A stretch of DNA of 32,000 bases from Thermofilum pendens Hrk 5 (GTDB lineage Archaea > Thermoproteota > Thermoprotei > Thermofilales > Thermofilaceae), in NCBI RefSeq assembly GCF_000015225.1, contig NC_008698.1, positions 1,620,001-1,652,000 on the forward strand. The letters run 5' to 3'. A program made the position numbers and the translations under genes. This document shows positions 30,039 to 32,000 of this stretch, one piece after another. The notes under the pieces are model-generated. The model was not told the DNA's origin. It saw nothing but the letters and a program-made list of their open reading frames with translations, and made no database searches. Numbering within the stretch: position 1 is the first letter of the stretch; the number at the start of each line of letters is the position of its first letter.

Positions 30039-32000
30039 TTACTTAGATACTCTAATCCAGTCCTCTAATAGATACCAGTCCGTCCATTTTACGTAGCTAC
30101 CTCCATAGTCCCTGTAGTACACCGGTAGCGACGGGAGACTTACAAGGAAGCCAGCAACGGCATCGAACTTCTGACCCTCAGCACCGTAGTTCTGCACCAT
30201 AAAGGAGAATGTAAACACAGTTCCAGACGGATAGGGTCCAGAGACCGAGGACGGCGAGATAGAAGTGATCCCCGGCGTGTATCTCTGATCGTAGTCGAGC
30301 CACGGAGTCATCGGTCTATACGCACCAGCAGAGATATATTTCACAATGTACGGAAGTGAGTACCTTATCACGAACGTGCCACCACCAGTAACGGACGCTG
30401 GAAGCTTCTGCTGAGCCTGTAGCACCCTTGCTTTCGCCGAGATAATCTCGGAAGCCCCAGCCGACGCGTCAAACAGCGCGCTCCTCACTACAAATGTGAA
30501 CACACCGCTCTCAGGCTTGCCGTGCGGGTACAGCCATGTACGGTAGTCGATAGCCGGGAATATCACTACGCGCTTAGCGTTCTGCACAGAGCCCGCGCCC
30601 GTATCAAACCACATGAAAAGCCCTCCTCCCAAGTACCGATGCCACGAAGCACCCTGACCGAAGTAGGCACCCGCGAACTGGCCGTCGGGTCCAACGGCGT
30701 AGGCTATTAGCGAGGTATCAGGCAGAGACCAGCCAGCCTCGAACTCGAAAGCTAGACCGTTCGGCACGCCGGGCTTAACGTGGAACAAGCGCCAGTCGCC
30801 CGACTCGTACCTCCAACCCCAGTCGTTAGCACCCCTAATGCTGAACGCACTAGGCCACCTGCCGTTAACACCTGTAACCAGGTTTACAGAGGAAGCTCCA
30901 ACCGTAGTATACACGTTGAACGAGTACGGTATCGCCGTTGCGTGACCAGTAACGTTGTTCACTGCAACAACCTCGCCAATATACGTCGTGGGCACAGCAT
31001 TGCTTGGAACCTTGAGAGTTAGCGTAAAGGTCTGCGAGCCACCAGGTGAGATCGTAGCCGTGCTCGGCGAGACAGAGACCCAGCTATCGCCAGCCGTGTC
31101 CACGTAGTTAACTGTGACTGTGACGGGTATCGGTGGTACGTAGCTCGGCGCGTCGGGACCCCTTACCAGGTCTACCGTGACTACTATCCCCTTGAAGCCT
31201 CCCGCGCTTAGCCTACCCGCCGGGTTGCTCATCGTGGCTAGGTTCCAGTTAGACCAGGCGGCGCCGTAGTTCACGAGTACCATTTCGTCTGGATCCGGGA
31301 CGCCGTTAGCGTTGGTATCGCTCCTCCAGATGTGGATCCACACCCTCACCCTCACGTCCGGCCGATAGTTGTAGTTCGAGTCGAACTTGGAGAACGGGAT
31401 AGTAGCCACGACCTCCATGAAGCGCAACGTGGACGTCAGGTTAGCAGCGGTGAAGACCCAGTAAGTTCTATTGTAGCTTGTCCCAGGCGAGAGCGAAAGA
31501 GACCTGCTCAGCACCGTGGTATTCGTCAGCTTAAATATCCGTGGAGACAGGGAGACGGAAACAGTCTTGTTTGTTGGGTTCTTAACAGTCAGTGTGATAC
31601 TTTTGTTGCCACCGACCGGTACGTCACCGAAGAACAGCGAACCACCAATTCTCGATGCTACCGCAGACGGCATACTACAGCTTGGGAGAGATAGCTCGGT
31701 ACCAGCCCACCAAAGCATGTACGCAGCGATATTGTCGCACCACTGCCAGTACCAGGTACTAGCCGCTTTAGAGGAGTAGGCAGACCATAGAGAGTTACTC
31801 ATAAACTGAATTTCGTACTTAGCCGCTGTTTTACCAGCAAGCAATCTCGCTAAAGACACAGCGTAGAATGCGTTTACGCGGCCGAAGCCTTGGGACGGAC
31901 CATCGTACCCTACTCCCTGGGCAGTAGACGCTATTATGCTCTTCACGAGGTCGGGATCCGCCGTGGGCAGAACCTGGTACACCAGCGCCGCAACACCGGC
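30039..32000 (-). CDS. Subtilisin-like (S8) serine protease, C-terminal part; 5' end outside window
   Basis: The reading frame is open to the window edge (AGVAALVYQVLPTADPDLVKSIIASTAQGV...GFGRVNAFYAV is the end of an S8 catalytic domain). It is followed by about 600 aa of beta-rich extension, e.g. SPGGSQTFTLTLKVPSNAVPTTYIGEV. Confidence 0.8.
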   Translation of the reverse strand, partial: AGVAALVYQVLPTADPDLVKSIIASTAQGVGYDGPSQGFGRVNAFYAVSLARLLAGKTAAKYEIQFMSNSLWSAYSSKAASTWYWQWCDNIAAYMLWWAGTELSLPSCSMPSAVASRIGGSLFFGDVPVGGNKSITLTVKNPTNKTVSVSLSPRIFKLTNTTVLSRSLSLSPGTSYNRTYWVFTAANLTSTLRFMEVVATIPFSKFDSNYNYRPDVRVRVWIHIWRSDTNANGVPDPDEMVLVNYGAAWSNWNLATMSNPAGRLSAGGFKGIVVTVDLVRGPDAPSYVPPIPVTVTVNYVDTAGDSWVSVSPSTATISPGGSQTFTLTLKVPSNAVPTTYIGEVVAVNNVTGHATAIPYSFNVYTTVGASSVNLVTGVNGRWPSAFSIRGANDWGWRYESGDWRLFHVKPGVPNGLAFEFEAGWSLPDTSLIAYAVGPDGQFAGAYFGQGASWHRYLGGGLFMWFDTGAGSVQNAKRVVIFPAIDYRTWLYPHGKPESGVFTFVVRSALFDASAGASEIISAKARVLQAQQKLPASVTGGGTFVIRYSLPYIVKYISAGAYRPMTPWLDYDQRYTPGITSISPSSVSGPYPSGTVFTFSFMVQNYGAEGQKFDAVAGFLVSLPSLPVYYRDYGGSYVKWTDWYLLEDWIRVSK

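Noticed and set aside
1-32000. I looked for tRNA/rRNA genes, CRISPR arrays, transposases, integrases and long terminal or inverted repeats that would define a mobile element around the island.
   Set aside because: I recognised none by eye: no GGTTCGAATCC-type T-arm in intergenic DNA, no integrase or transposase motifs, and no matching sequences at the 8.5 kb and 30 kb edges. A computational repeat and tRNA scan is still needed.
29950-32000. A right-hand composition boundary mirroring the sharp one at 8.5 kb.
   Set aside because: Sample lines in the protease gene range from 27/60 to 39/60 G+C, so there is no clean step here. Only the truncated rmlD supports a junction.

Overview
This window looks archaeal, most like a hyperthermophilic crenarchaeon (Thermoproteota). 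Supporting signs are TATA-like boxes about 27-43 nt upstream of many start codons, short or absent leaders, 4-nt start/stop overlaps, PaREP1-type genes and Glu/Lys/Arg/Val-rich proteins. All family calls rest on motifs read by eye; no database search was run.

Layout:
- (1) 1-9.4 kb: a vapBC pair, then a coherent beta-glucan utilisation locus. It holds a GH1 beta-glycosidase, a divergent Opp/Dpp-type five-gene ABC transporter, a small membrane ORF and a membrane-anchored GH12 endoglucanase.
- (2) 9.4-13.9 kb: very GC-rich transporter genes. These are a polytopic membrane protein with a C-terminal HEPN-like domain, an MFS transporter, and a CDF metal transporter with a triplicated cytoplasmic domain.
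- (3) 14-28.2 kb: a dense toxin-antitoxin/defence-type island. It holds five HEPN->nucleotidyltransferase pairs (one HepT is frameshifted), three PaREP1-like genes and two more vapBC pairs. It also holds two retropepsin-like protease genes (one frameshifted) and two His-rich coiled-coil-repeat proteins with PD-(D/E)XK-like C-termini. The last component is a tightly coupled ABC/AAA_21-type ATPase plus a small PD-(D/E)XK-like protein.
- (4) 28.2-32 kb: orphan ORFs, rmlC with a 5'-truncated rmlD remnant, and the C-terminal approx. 650 aa of an S8 subtilase that runs off the window.

No rRNA, tRNA, CRISPR array, transposase or integrase was recognised. The best candidate for an undescribed system is the ATPase + small-protein operon at 23.3-25.1 kb. 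Secondary leads are the membrane-HEPN fusion, the abrupt GC break inside the GH12 gene and the triple-domain CDF.
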